Below are positions 1-8,975 of a stretch of 64,000 nt of DNA, one piece after another. The position numbers and the translations under genes are program-made. The first letter of the stretch is position 1; each line of letters opens with the position of its first letter. This DNA comes from a virus: IMG/VR virus record IMGVR_UViG_3300027833_000001, positions 101,128-165,127 of that record, one strand, 5' to 3'. The notes under the pieces were generated by a model, which was given only the letters and a program-made list of their open reading frames with translations, did no database searches and was not told the origin of the DNA.

Positions 1-2
1 GT

Positions 3-2696
3 GAAGCACAGACTGCGGTAAAGTTTCAACCAGTACTCGCTTCAAATGTTAATAATTTAATCGCGCTGAAAAATCAGCACTCAAGACCAGGGGATTTATT
101 GGCGGCAGCGAGTGCCGCGGGGTATTTACTGCCTAGAGGTACTTCAATTACTTCAGACGCAAACGGAATTATTTGTGGATTCTACTATATGCCGGGCGGT
201 ACATTCATGGTCGGTGAGAGACAATTACGTTTTACCGATGATGTAAAAGATAGAGCATCATTTGTTACTACTTCAGCGCAAGCACCATTTAGTTCATCTG
301 GCATATCTACAGTAGCACAACAAACTGTAGTATCAACAGCAATACCTAAAATTAATTTTGGACAAACTGCACCAGTATCAACGAACGTAGGTTCTTGGAC
401 ACAAGTTACAAGCGTTGAAATGGGTGCTGTAAATATGTCTTCTTCTGTAACGGCTACTGCAAAATCTACCGTTGATCTGAATGTTGATTTAGAAACAGAA
501 ACACACGTTCAAGTTACAGGTGGTTTCGATCCAATAGCACAGACATTCTTTGTAGAAGATCCTGAAGGAGTAATGGCAACAGAAGTCAAAGTATTCTTTA
601 GAAAGAAATCTAGTACTGCTAGTATTACATTACAACTCAGAGAAGTTGTTAATGGTTATCCTTCACGATCAGTACTGCCATACGGTGAAGTTAATCTAGC
701 ACCAAGTCAAGTTACAGTAACTACGGAAGATGCTGATGGAACTATCAGATTCTCTCCTGAAGGTCAGCCAGCGAATCCTTATACAACAACATTTGCATTC
801 GAAGCACCAGTACAACTTAAAGGAAATACTGAATATTGTTTCGTTCTTCTCCCTGCTGGTAATAGTCCAGACTATGAAGTTTGGTGTTCAGAACTAGGAC
901 AGAACAAAGTTGGAGTTGGTGTTCAGAATCAACGCATCTTTGCTGAAGATACAAACATAGGCGGAATACTATTCACATCTTCTAATAACAGAACTTGGAA
1001 CGCTCACCAATCTGAAGATATGACCTATCAAATAACTAAAGCGGTATATGCTTCAAGTAACGGTACAGTACATTTAGAAAATGGAAACACAGATTACATT
1101 ATAGGCGAAAGCTATTCTGGTGGAAGACCTGCTGTTGGTACAGTCGTACACGGATGGAAAGCAACACTAACATCTGGTGGTTCAGGTCATGCAGTGAATG
1201 ATATTGTTACCCTAGCAAATGCAACTGACTCAGGTGGAAATACTCTTACTGGAGTTAAAGCTAAAGTAACAACAGTATCGGGTGGAGCAATCACAGCATT
1301 TGCAATTAGCGATCCCGGCACACTTGCAGATAACTGGACAGGTAATCCGGGTGGGTTAAACCAGCTATCAACTAGTGGCACAGGAACAGGTGCATCAATA
1401 TCACTTGTTCTTGCTAGAGGTCGAGTTACTAATTCTAATCCAATTACAGAACAAATAGATGTTGATGTAGATACTGGACATTTCAGAAATCAAACTGATG
1501 GTGCTCTGATTACTCCAATAGGAAATGGCACAACATTCTTTACTAATACTGCAATTGAAGATAGAAAGTTTAATCAAGTTAGAACTACGATGAATCTAGT
1601 TGAGAATGATGGTATAATGACATATGAATATGCACCAACAAAGTCTTCTAATGTATCTTCAGTCAGTACAACTTATGAAGTCCTTGGACTGAATGTAAGA
1701 AAGAATACTGCGGATGAGAAGTCAATTAGATCATATTCTAACGAAGACTATTATCTTTCTGGTGCCGACACGAAGTCGCTACACTTTAAGATAACATTAC
1801 CAGCAGGTACTAATACTAACCTATCACCAGTGCTAGACTTATCAGCACTTGGATTGTTGACTGTTCAAAACTTGTTGAATAACGACAGCACAAACGAAAC
1901 TACTAATGATGGTAATGCATTATCTAGATACATCAATAAGCCAGTTGTTCTCGCAGATGGTATGGAAGCACAAGATGTTGTTCTTCAAGTTGCGTTATTA
2001 CAACCACCTGGTGCATCTATTGAAGTTTATGGTAAGTTCCAAGCAGAAGCAGATGATGCTAACTTCAATGAAGATTTGCCTTGGATAAAATTAGCAAGAG
2101 ATGATGACTGGTCGCCTATTGGGAGTTCTGTTACACAATCAGCATTTGTTGATTTTGGATTTAAAATACCTGATGCAAACAAAACTGCAGGAGTATTTAC
2201 ATACTCAACTGACAGGGTCACAGAAATATCAATTGACACTGCTGGTTCTGGATATACATCTGCTCCCGAATTATTCTTTAGTGCAGGAGAAGCAACAGCA
2301 TTTGCTCTACTAAGTGGTAATACTGTAGGAAGTTTGACATTGACAGCACCGGGAAGAGATTATAGTAGCACTCCTACTATTGTAGTAGGTACGCAACACG
2401 CTGTATCAACACAATTTGCCACAAATCAGCAAGTAGCTAATGGAGCGAATCTATATACAGTGACAACTGGAGGTACTACAGCCGCATCTGGTAGCGCACC
2501 TACTCATACTAGTGGTAGTGCAACTGATGGAACTGTAGTGTTTGCATATGCAGGAGCTGCCGCACTTGTTTCATGTACAGTGAATACAGTAACATTTGAA
2601 GAGTTCAAGAAGTTTTCTACTAAGTTTGTCTTCTTGTCTTCTAATACATCAAAAGTTCCATATGCAAAAGACTTACGCATTATAGCGACAACATAG
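3..2696 (+). CDS. Large virion structural protein, VrlC/DUF4815-like (5' truncated by window edge)
   Basis: Frame is open from base 3. DPIAQTF...FFRKK...LQLREVVNGYP, FxFEAPV, FTSSNNRTW and terminal F..KFV...VP..KDLRIIA motifs resemble marine T4-like VrlC-type proteins; contains GSGYTSAP repeats. Confidence 0.75.
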   Translation, partial: EAQTAVKFQPVLASNVNNLIALKNQHSRPGDLLAAASAAGYLLPRGTSITSDANGIICGFYYMPGGTFMVGERQLRFTDDVKDRASFVTTSAQAPFSSSGISTVAQQTVVSTAIPKINFGQTAPVSTNVGSWTQVTSVEMGAVNMSSSVTATAKSTVDLNVDLETETHVQVTGGFDPIAQTFFVEDPEGVMATEVKVFFRKKSSTASITLQLREVVNGYPSRSVLPYGEVNLAPSQVTVTTEDADGTIRFSPEGQPANPYTTTFAFEAPVQLKGNTEYCFVLLPAGNSPDYEVWCSELGQNKVGVGVQNQRIFAEDTNIGGILFTSSNNRTWNAHQSEDMTYQITKAVYASSNGTVHLENGNTDYIIGESYSGGRPAVGTVVHGWKATLTSGGSGHAVNDIVTLANATDSGGNTLTGVKAKVTTVSGGAITAFAISDPGTLADNWTGNPGGLNQLSTSGTGTGASISLVLARGRVTNSNPITEQIDVDVDTGHFRNQTDGALITPIGNGTTFFTNTAIEDRKFNQVRTTMNLVENDGIMTYEYAPTKSSNVSSVSTTYEVLGLNVRKNTADEKSIRSYSNEDYYLSGADTKSLHFKITLPAGTNTNLSPVLDLSALGLLTVQNLLNNDSTNETTNDGNALSRYINKPVVLADGMEAQDVVLQVALLQPPGASIEVYGKFQAEADDANFNEDLPWIKLARDDDWSPIGSSVTQSAFVDFGFKIPDANKTAGVFTYSTDRVTEISIDTAGSGYTSAPELFFSAGEATAFALLSGNTVGSLTLTAPGRDYSSTPTIVVGTQHAVSTQFATNQQVANGANLYTVTTGGTTAASGSAPTHTSGSATDGTVVFAYAGAAALVSCTVNTVTFEEFKKFSTKFVFLSSNTSKVPYAKDLRIIATT

Positions 2697-2705
2697 GATA
2701 GGAAG

Positions 2706-2713
2706 TATAAATA
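2706..2713 (+). promoter_or_regulatory. T4-type late promoter TATAAATA
   Basis: Exact consensus directly before ORF 2714. Confidence 0.6.
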
Positions 2714-2920
2714 ATGTTGCAAGCAGAAAAAATAATAAGAGATCCTTCTACTGGAGCAATATTATCTACCGATGTTGCAGGCTTGAGGGCTTTTAAGAAA
2801 AAAAGAGAGATTCAGCGAATGCAAGCTACAACTATTGTCGAAATGTCTGATGATATAAATAGTCTAAAAGATGAACTCTCAGAGATCAAATTACTTTTAA
2901 AGTCAATAATTCAACGCTGA
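2714..2920 (+). CDS. Small coiled-coil hypothetical protein
   Basis: RDPSTGAI start and coiled-coil C-terminus; typical neighbour of VrlC-like genes. Confidence 0.7.
   Translation: MLQAEKIIRDPSTGAILSTDVAGLRAFKKKREIQRMQATTIVEMSDDINSLKDELSEIKLLLKSIIQR
2854..2861 (+). promoter_or_regulatory. T4-type late promoter TATAAATA
   Basis: Exact consensus about 70 nt upstream of ORF 2934. Confidence 0.55.
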
Positions 2921-2933
2921 ACAGGAAGAGCAA

Positions 2934-3770
2934 ATGGCCACAATTACATTAAGATCAGCTAAGGGTAGTCCCCTTACAAATACTGAGGTAGATAATAACT
3001 TTACTAACCTCAATAACGACAAATACGAAAGTGGTGACAATATAGTAGCAGCCGCATTAACAGCTACTGGAAATGTTACACTTGGAATCGCAACTGTAAC
3101 TGCCGCAGGTAGTACACAGAGTGCGGCACAAGCACTTTCAAAAACTTATAACATTATATCTACAGCATCCGCTAACCAAGGTGTTAAACTACCTGACGCG
3201 GTAGCTGGATTAGTAATCAATGTCTACAACACATCTGGTGCAACGATTAAGGTTTATCCTTTCTCTGGCGATACTATCAATGGCGGTAGTGCAGATGCTC
3301 CTGTAGACCTTGTAACTGATAACGGTGCAGAATATGTAGGAACATCAACCGGTGCATGGAGATCAGTTGGATCTGGCGGAAACAACGTACAAGATTTTAC
3401 TGTTAACGGTACAGCCGAACTTTTAGGAGCAGTTAAGTATGGTATTCAGAGCGCAACTGCGGCTGGTACTGACCAAGCTGGTGCTACTGCAATTACTGAA
3501 ACTGTAGTTGTTGTTGCATCTGGTTCTGCTAATAACGGAGTAGTACTTCCTACAGCGGTAGCCGGACTAACAGTGGTCGTACAAAATTCAACAACCGCAG
3601 ATTTAAAATTATACCCTAATACTTCAGATGCTATTGATGGAGCGACTGCTAACGCGGCAAAGTCTTTACCAGCAAAAACAACCATTACAGTAACTTGTAA
3701 TGATGCTACAAACTGGTTATCACATAGATCGCTTGCAATATATGACGCATCTGGAACATTGATTAACTAA
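2934..3770 (+). CDS. Tail-associated structural protein with two internal repeat domains
   Basis: N-terminal KGSPLTNTEVDNNF anchor motif; duplicated TAAG...GVxLP.AVAGL...YP..D.I module; Thr/Ala/Gly-rich. Confidence 0.7.
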   Translation: MATITLRSAKGSPLTNTEVDNNFTNLNNDKYESGDNIVAAALTATGNVTLGIATVTAAGSTQSAAQALSKTYNIISTASANQGVKLPDAVAGLVINVYNTSGATIKVYPFSGDTINGGSADAPVDLVTDNGAEYVGTSTGAWRSVGSGGNNVQDFTVNGTAELLGAVKYGIQSATAAGTDQAGATAITETVVVVASGSANNGVVLPTAVAGLTVVVQNSTTADLKLYPNTSDAIDGATANAAKSLPAKTTITVTCNDATNWLSHRSLAIYDASGTLIN

Positions 3771-3781
3771 GAGGATTCACA

Positions 3782-4759
3782 ATGGCTGGCCCAATTACAC
3801 TAAAAGCAAGTTCGTACCCTGCAACCGCGGCAACAATCCAAGGCGTACGGGAACTTTCTTCTGCTGAAATGAGAGATCATATCGCATTTGTTATTACTAA
3901 TAAGTTTGCTGGTGATCACGATGGGACTGGCACTGCTGAATTAGATACTATTACTGGCTCATTGACTTCTGGATATACTGAAGTAGGTACTTTCACAAAC
4001 AGAGAGCGTGATGAAGCAGTCGGAACTCATCCTGCAAGTGGTAACATGACCACAACAACGTATAGAATTCAACAGAAAAATACTGTAGTTTCTGAAAGTG
4101 GCGTTGTAAGACCACTCAGATATACTGGTGGAACCATTGAAGAGATGTCTGATGGAGAAATTGACACTGAATTGCTAGATGAAGTTATTGCGGCAATGGT
4201 ATTTGAAGATGCAAACACAGTCGGACAATATCATATCAAAACTACCGCACCAACTGGCGGCACATGGGCAGTACGTGATACTATTACTGAAACTCAAGTT
4301 GATGGTACAGACGTAGCATACAATCTTTATCAAAAGACTGCTCCTACAACTGCCGCGGCTACTAATATTAACCGCTTGTTGAAGAGTGATGGTACTGGCG
4401 GTAGTGCTGAGATGACTGACGCAGAAATGGAAACTCTTGTATCTTCATTCAGAAATAGAATTATTGCTTCTGGAATAGGAACGTATCTATTGAACAGTGG
4501 ATCACCTAGTGCCTCTGGAACGTGGGCTCAAATGGGTTCAACGATGACTGACCAATTAAAAACTATTTCAGCACAAAACTATTCTGGTGGTTATACAGGA
4601 TCATACACTGGTTACTATAATAGATTCTTTTCTGGATTCTTAAATGGCGCATATGCCGGTTCGTACTCTGGTACATACACAGGAACATATGCAGGTAACA
4701 CAGTACAATCATCATCATCAACACAAGAAACTAAGGCACTATTCGTAAGAACTGCCTAA
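3782..4759 (+). CDS. Putative virion structural protein with C-terminal Y-x-G-x repeats
   Basis: Thr/Gly-rich; YSGGYTGSYTGY...YAGSYSGTYTGTYAG; GAGG RBS. Confidence 0.6.
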   Translation: MAGPITLKASSYPATAATIQGVRELSSAEMRDHIAFVITNKFAGDHDGTGTAELDTITGSLTSGYTEVGTFTNRERDEAVGTHPASGNMTTTTYRIQQKNTVVSESGVVRPLRYTGGTIEEMSDGEIDTELLDEVIAAMVFEDANTVGQYHIKTTAPTGGTWAVRDTITETQVDGTDVAYNLYQKTAPTTAAATNINRLLKSDGTGGSAEMTDAEMETLVSSFRNRIIASGIGTYLLNSGSPSASGTWAQMGSTMTDQLKTISAQNYSGGYTGSYTGYYNRFFSGFLNGAYAGSYSGTYTGTYAGNTVQSSSSTQETKALFVRTA

Positions 4760-4778
4760 AACTCTTCTATAGAAGTGA

Positions 4779-4812
4779 TATAAATATATGGCACAGAACT
4801 CAAACTGTGCCA
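4779..4812 (+). promoter_or_regulatory. Late promoter TATAAATA followed by 8-bp hairpin
   Basis: TATAAATA 4779-4786; TGGCACAG/CTGTGCCA stem 4789-4812. Confidence 0.6.
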
Positions 4813-4838
4813 GTATTTTATAATTATGAGGATTTATT

Positions 4839-5285
4839 ATGTCAGAAGAACAACCTAAGTACAAAAACCCCATTTGGCTAAACAAAGAGAATCGCTCAAT
4901 TGAGTGTGACATTCTCTATGGCAAAGAATATCAACGAAGCATAATCAATGCAGGTCCAGCTTCAGAAGGATATGTCAATAGAGATTATGATCAGATTATG
5001 ATAGACATCGGTGAAACGGAAATTGATCGTCTTACAGTCATAGATGATGAAAGTAAAGCCGAAGCGGTTGTGAAAGCAAAAGAACAAGAAGAAGTTCACA
5101 AGAATAGAATCAAACAAGAAACTCTATTTGAAATTAAACTTGAGGCTTTTGAAATTCCCATCATCAAAAATTCTAAAAATTCAGAAATGAAGAAGAAAAT
5201 TCGTAGGGCAAAGAACCCACTAGAGGTTACTGCATATGCGACAATACTCATACAAGAAGAATTAGGTGCTGTAATAGATGACTAA
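4839..5285 (+). CDS. Hypothetical protein
   Basis: 148 aa ORF with GAGG RBS; coupled to downstream glycosyltransferase. Confidence 0.7.
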   Translation: MSEEQPKYKNPIWLNKENRSIECDILYGKEYQRSIINAGPASEGYVNRDYDQIMIDIGETEIDRLTVIDDESKAEAVVKAKEQEEVHKNRIKQETLFEIKLEAFEIPIIKNSKNSEMKKKIRRAKNPLEVTAYATILIQEELGAVIDD

Positions 5286-6015
5286 GGGCTACGTTTATGT
5301 GGCTTCTCTGAAAAAAGACTATTACTATGCCGCCAAGCTGTCGGCACTATCTTTATTAGATTTTTATCCAGATGCCAAAATTACACTATTCACTCATGCC
5401 GCGTGGGTTGAATTAGATGACTTCAAAATATTTGATCAGATACGAACAACGGATCTTATGGGTGTCGATATGCCCGTCAATAATCGTGCCAAGCTGTGGG
5501 CATTATCACAGACTCCATATGACTTGACAATGTACCTTGATTGTGACACCATGATAGAAGATGGAGATATACGATTTGCGTTTGATTTTATTAGAGAACA
5601 TGACATAATATTCACTAGAAATAGACCGTACAACGCCAAGATCACTAAGCTAAATGATGAAGATGAGATGATCTACCATTGCGGTGTATTCGTATATAGA
5701 AACACTGACGCAGTAAAGAAATTAATGGATGACTGGTATTACTACTACAGAATCCAATGTGCGCCCGCGCATGATGTGAGTCCTTATCCCGAAGCAGTTA
5801 AACCATGGGATACATTTACAATGTGGTACTTACTAAATAAAACGAAGCACAAAGAAACTATTAATGTAGGAGAGTTTCCATCACCTGATGCTAGATGGAA
5901 TTTTGTCATGGGTCAACGACCTGAAGAATTGGAAGGTAATGATGTAGTTGTGAGACATTACCTATTAGATAGGCACTTTAATTCAAATGAAACTATTAAC
6001 GAACCTCAATCCTGA
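5278..6015 (+). CDS. GT-A fold glycosyltransferase (GT8-like)
   Basis: AKLWAL..TPYD.TMYLDCD DxD motif; HCGVFVY and DARWN motifs. Confidence 0.75.
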   Translation: MTKGYVYVASLKKDYYYAAKLSALSLLDFYPDAKITLFTHAAWVELDDFKIFDQIRTTDLMGVDMPVNNRAKLWALSQTPYDLTMYLDCDTMIEDGDIRFAFDFIREHDIIFTRNRPYNAKITKLNDEDEMIYHCGVFVYRNTDAVKKLMDDWYYYYRIQCAPAHDVSPYPEAVKPWDTFTMWYLLNKTKHKETINVGEFPSPDARWNFVMGQRPEELEGNDVVVRHYLLDRHFNSNETINEPQS

Positions 6016-6637
6016 ACTGTTAGAACGCCTTGACCGCTATCGAAATTGGTTTGATGAGCAAGACGATATCAATACAATTATTCCTGATAAAGATAGAGAA
6101 GGTACACATACACTAGAAAGTGCAACATCTCCAGAGTATCTAAAAGAAGTACAAAAAGATACACACGCAGGCACACCAGAATGTGCTATAGTTACTGACT
6201 TTCATATAAGTGATGGCTCACCTACAAAGTATCGAAATGCTTCCCTAGAGTTATGTACAGACGTATGTGCATTTTTAGGAGCAAAATTTACTGCCGTTCA
6301 TGCATATTATCCAGCAGATGGATTTATGGGATGGCATTGTAATTGGGATACTCCTGGATATAATATTCTTTTGAGTTACAGCGAAAATGATCAAGGCTTC
6401 TTTAGGTATACAGATAAAGAAGGTAACATTGTAACGATGTATGATACACCAGGATGGTCAGCTAAGGTTGGTTATTTTGGAGGCAAAGATGAAGACGCAT
6501 CTAATATTGTTTGGCATTGTGCGGGAAGTAAATTGCCTAGACAGACATTAGGATTCGTCATTCCAGATAGAGATATGTGGCAAATGATGATAGATGATAT
6601 AGATGATAAACCTTTTAATAGAAGTCTATTCCCATGA
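5987..6637 (+). CDS. Putative cupin/2OG-Fe(II) oxygenase-fold protein
   Basis: YYPADGFMGWHCN and distal VWHCA...RQTLGF pattern resemble double-stranded beta-helix metalloenzymes. Confidence 0.45.
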   Translation: MKLLTNLNPELLERLDRYRNWFDEQDDINTIIPDKDREGTHTLESATSPEYLKEVQKDTHAGTPECAIVTDFHISDGSPTKYRNASLELCTDVCAFLGAKFTAVHAYYPADGFMGWHCNWDTPGYNILLSYSENDQGFFRYTDKEGNIVTMYDTPGWSAKVGYFGGKDEDASNIVWHCAGSKLPRQTLGFVIPDRDMWQMMIDDIDDKPFNRSLFP

Positions 6638-6804
6638 AGAGTCGATGGGAAGTCTGGAAACACGCTCTAGGTTCTTTTGATGAAGAAGATGGGTACGATG
6701 CACTTAATGAAGATCGCATAGCATTAATAAGAACTTTCATAGTGGGTTCTAATTTACTATGCGCTTACGTCATTATAATTAATATCATTGTTGGTTGGTT
6801 CTAA
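6634..6804 (+). CDS. Small membrane protein (56 aa, not in ORF track)
   Basis: MKSRWEVWKHALGSFDEEDGYDALNEDRIALIRTFIVGSNLLCAYVIIINIIVGWF; ATGA overlap with upstream stop. Confidence 0.65.
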   Translation: MKSRWEVWKHALGSFDEEDGYDALNEDRIALIRTFIVGSNLLCAYVIIINIIVGWF

Positions 6805-7499
6805 AAGAAACCTTCTCGTTGACCTATAATCATAAATCGGTCATATACTTTCTTGCCTTCCCATGAGTAATAAGTTTGCTGTCTAGTACCTTCATATCCA
6901 ACTTCATCGATTCCAACTTGATCTTTTAAATCAGCGATACTACTTACACAGTTAATACCGTACATCTCTTCAATAACATTACTATTTTGTACTGCAAGAA
7001 CAGCATTTGGATTCTTTGTAGTCAATTCTTTAAGTGGATACATTTGTTCTGTACACATACAGATAACTAGGTCAACATCAATCTTATTTAAATTTTCAAA
7101 TTCAAATGGAACATCTAGATTCCAATGACGAATGTTTACAAATTTTTCTTGGGCGTAATACTTGTGAAGAATTTTAGATAACTCAATCGACTCTTCATCA
7201 ATATCTACCATGTGTATTTGTGATACATCAATGTTCTCACATAGCAACGGTACTATAGGCATACCTAGCCAAGAGTTTAATATCAGTACTCTCATAGAAC
7301 CAGTTTTAGTGTAGTACTCTTCCATGTACTCTTTAACTTCTTCTATTAGCCAAGTGCTGGCTTCCATGTTGTTGCCTTCTAGTGACTGTCTAAAGTCAAC
7401 CAGCTTATGTGGCATTCGTTTTTCAATAACCGAGAGTGCTTCACCCCAGTTTTTAAAGTTGTTTAGAAAATTATAATTTAATTCTTTAGAACTTGACAT
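6801..7499 (-). CDS. Class I SAM-methyltransferase-like protein
   Basis: VLILNSWLG (degenerate motif I), VDIDEE acidic motif II, DLVICMCTEQM, RFMIIG; likely start ATG 7499. Confidence 0.6.
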   Translation of the reverse strand: MSSSKELNYNFLNNFKNWGEALSVIEKRMPHKLVDFRQSLEGNNMEASTWLIEEVKEYMEEYYTKTGSMRVLILNSWLGMPIVPLLCENIDVSQIHMVDIDEESIELSKILHKYYAQEKFVNIRHWNLDVPFEFENLNKIDVDLVICMCTEQMYPLKELTTKNPNAVLAVQNSNVIEEMYGINCVSSIADLKDQVGIDEVGYEGTRQQTYYSWEGKKVYDRFMIIGQREGFF

Positions 7500-8160
7500 C
7501 TTCACTTTTCCCCATTGAGTCAAAAATACATACGTATGGTAGATCACGATACACATGAGATTCAGTATCATGTGGATGGATAAAACCTTGATTGAAACTA
7601 TACACCCAACCTATTGGGAATAGTTTAGTTTTTACAATTCGTCTATTATAGAAAAAGTTATCCAGACCACGATAATACCATAATATTTGAGACTTGTATT
7701 GATTGAAATATTCAGTGATTTCATTACTATTTAGACTATCATTCCAACGAAGAACTGACGAATTTAAATCAGTGTACTTATGTGGAATGTGGCGTGTATC
7801 TTTGTATTGAGTCTCTAAGTCGTGCCACCATGTTTTAACGAAACATAAACAATCTTCAGGATCAAAGTTTGCTATATCATCGATGTTCTTTTGTAGTATA
7901 GTATCTAAATCAAAGAACATCTTTTCACCTCTTTGAGTAACAATAGTCTCATCGAAGAGGTACATTTTATTCCACCACTTCTCCAATTTGTTACCACCAG
8001 GCAATGAAAGTATTTTAATATCAGAATTTATATCTTTACTATCTTCAGTTAGACAATGAAACGTAAAATCTATTGTCAGGTTCTCAAGACAACTTTCATA
8101 TAGTTGATTGACATGAGATGCATTATATTTTGTACCCCATTTTACAGTATAGATATTCAT
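7486..8160 (-). CDS. Glycosyltransferase (KWGxKY family)
   Basis: KWGTKY, FHCLTED, WWNKM, FFDLD (DxD), NSSVLRW. Confidence 0.75.
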   Translation of the reverse strand: MNIYTVKWGTKYNASHVNQLYESCLENLTIDFTFHCLTEDSKDINSDIKILSLPGGNKLEKWWNKMYLFDETIVTQRGEKMFFDLDTILQKNIDDIANFDPEDCLCFVKTWWHDLETQYKDTRHIPHKYTDLNSSVLRWNDSLNSNEITEYFNQYKSQILWYYRGLDNFFYNRRIVKTKLFPIGWVYSFNQGFIHPHDTESHVYRDLPYVCIFDSMGKSEDVKF

Positions 8161-8975
8161 TCGCCTCTCCAATGTCTAAGAAGTTCTGGATGGGAGAGAT
8201 CATCTTGTTTAGTACTTCCTCTACTTGCATCTTCAAATGGTAGTAAGTCAATATTAAATACACAGACAATACAGTGTTCTCTATACTTGGCTACATTCAA
8301 ATCATCTTCATCCCATGATCTACCTCTATTCCAAGAGTATGCCATCCAAGATGGAAAATGATCCCATAAGTCTTCACCATATCTACCCCATTTCCATGAG
8401 TGGTAGTTATCAGTTCCATCTGTATATGTAAACCATATCTTCTTTTGGTTTGCCATCACATCATCCCAAATACACTCACATTGATCATCTGACCATACTT
8501 TACATGAGCCATTTGTATACGCTCCATGTGATAGTTTAAATCTTCTTGTTTGCATTGGTTTAGGATCTTGCCACCACGATTTCATTTTTGTGGGTCTTTC
8601 CATATTGTATGTAATTATAGGAGTTAAGTCACCTTGAATAATTACATCTAAGTCAAAGAACACAAAGCGACCACTAGGTTTATCAGGAGCAAAGTTGTGC
8701 GTGTTGAATACAAAAGTCTTTGCTCTGTCCCAACACCTTGCCATTCCATACTTAAAATCTTCAGCACCAAACCAATACTTAGGATGTATGTCTGGAATAT
8801 CTGGGAAGTCAATTATCTGAACATCATCATCGATACCCTTAGCATCATCTGTATAGCAATAGAAATGAAACTCAAACTGATCGGGAGTATTTCTCTTTGC
8901 CATCTCTTTCAATCTGTTTACAAAATGTGGTCCATATTTCGTACCCCATTTAGCACATACATAATTTACTCTCAT
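8157..8975 (-). CDS. Glycosyltransferase (KWGxKY family)
   Basis: CAKWGTKY, CYTDD, FFDLDV, NGSC. Confidence 0.75.
   Translation of the reverse strand: MRVNYVCAKWGTKYGPHFVNRLKEMAKRNTPDQFEFHFYCYTDDAKGIDDDVQIIDFPDIPDIHPKYWFGAEDFKYGMARCWDRAKTFVFNTHNFAPDKPSGRFVFFDLDVIIQGDLTPIITYNMERPTKMKSWWQDPKPMQTRRFKLSHGAYTNGSCKVWSDDQCECIWDDVMANQKKIWFTYTDGTDNYHSWKWGRYGEDLWDHFPSWMAYSWNRGRSWDEDDLNVAKYREHCIVCVFNIDLLPFEDASRGSTKQDDLSHPELLRHWRGE

Noticed and set aside
4764-4775. Perfect palindrome CTTCTATAGAAG before a late promoter
   Set aside because: Single occurrence, compatible with chance
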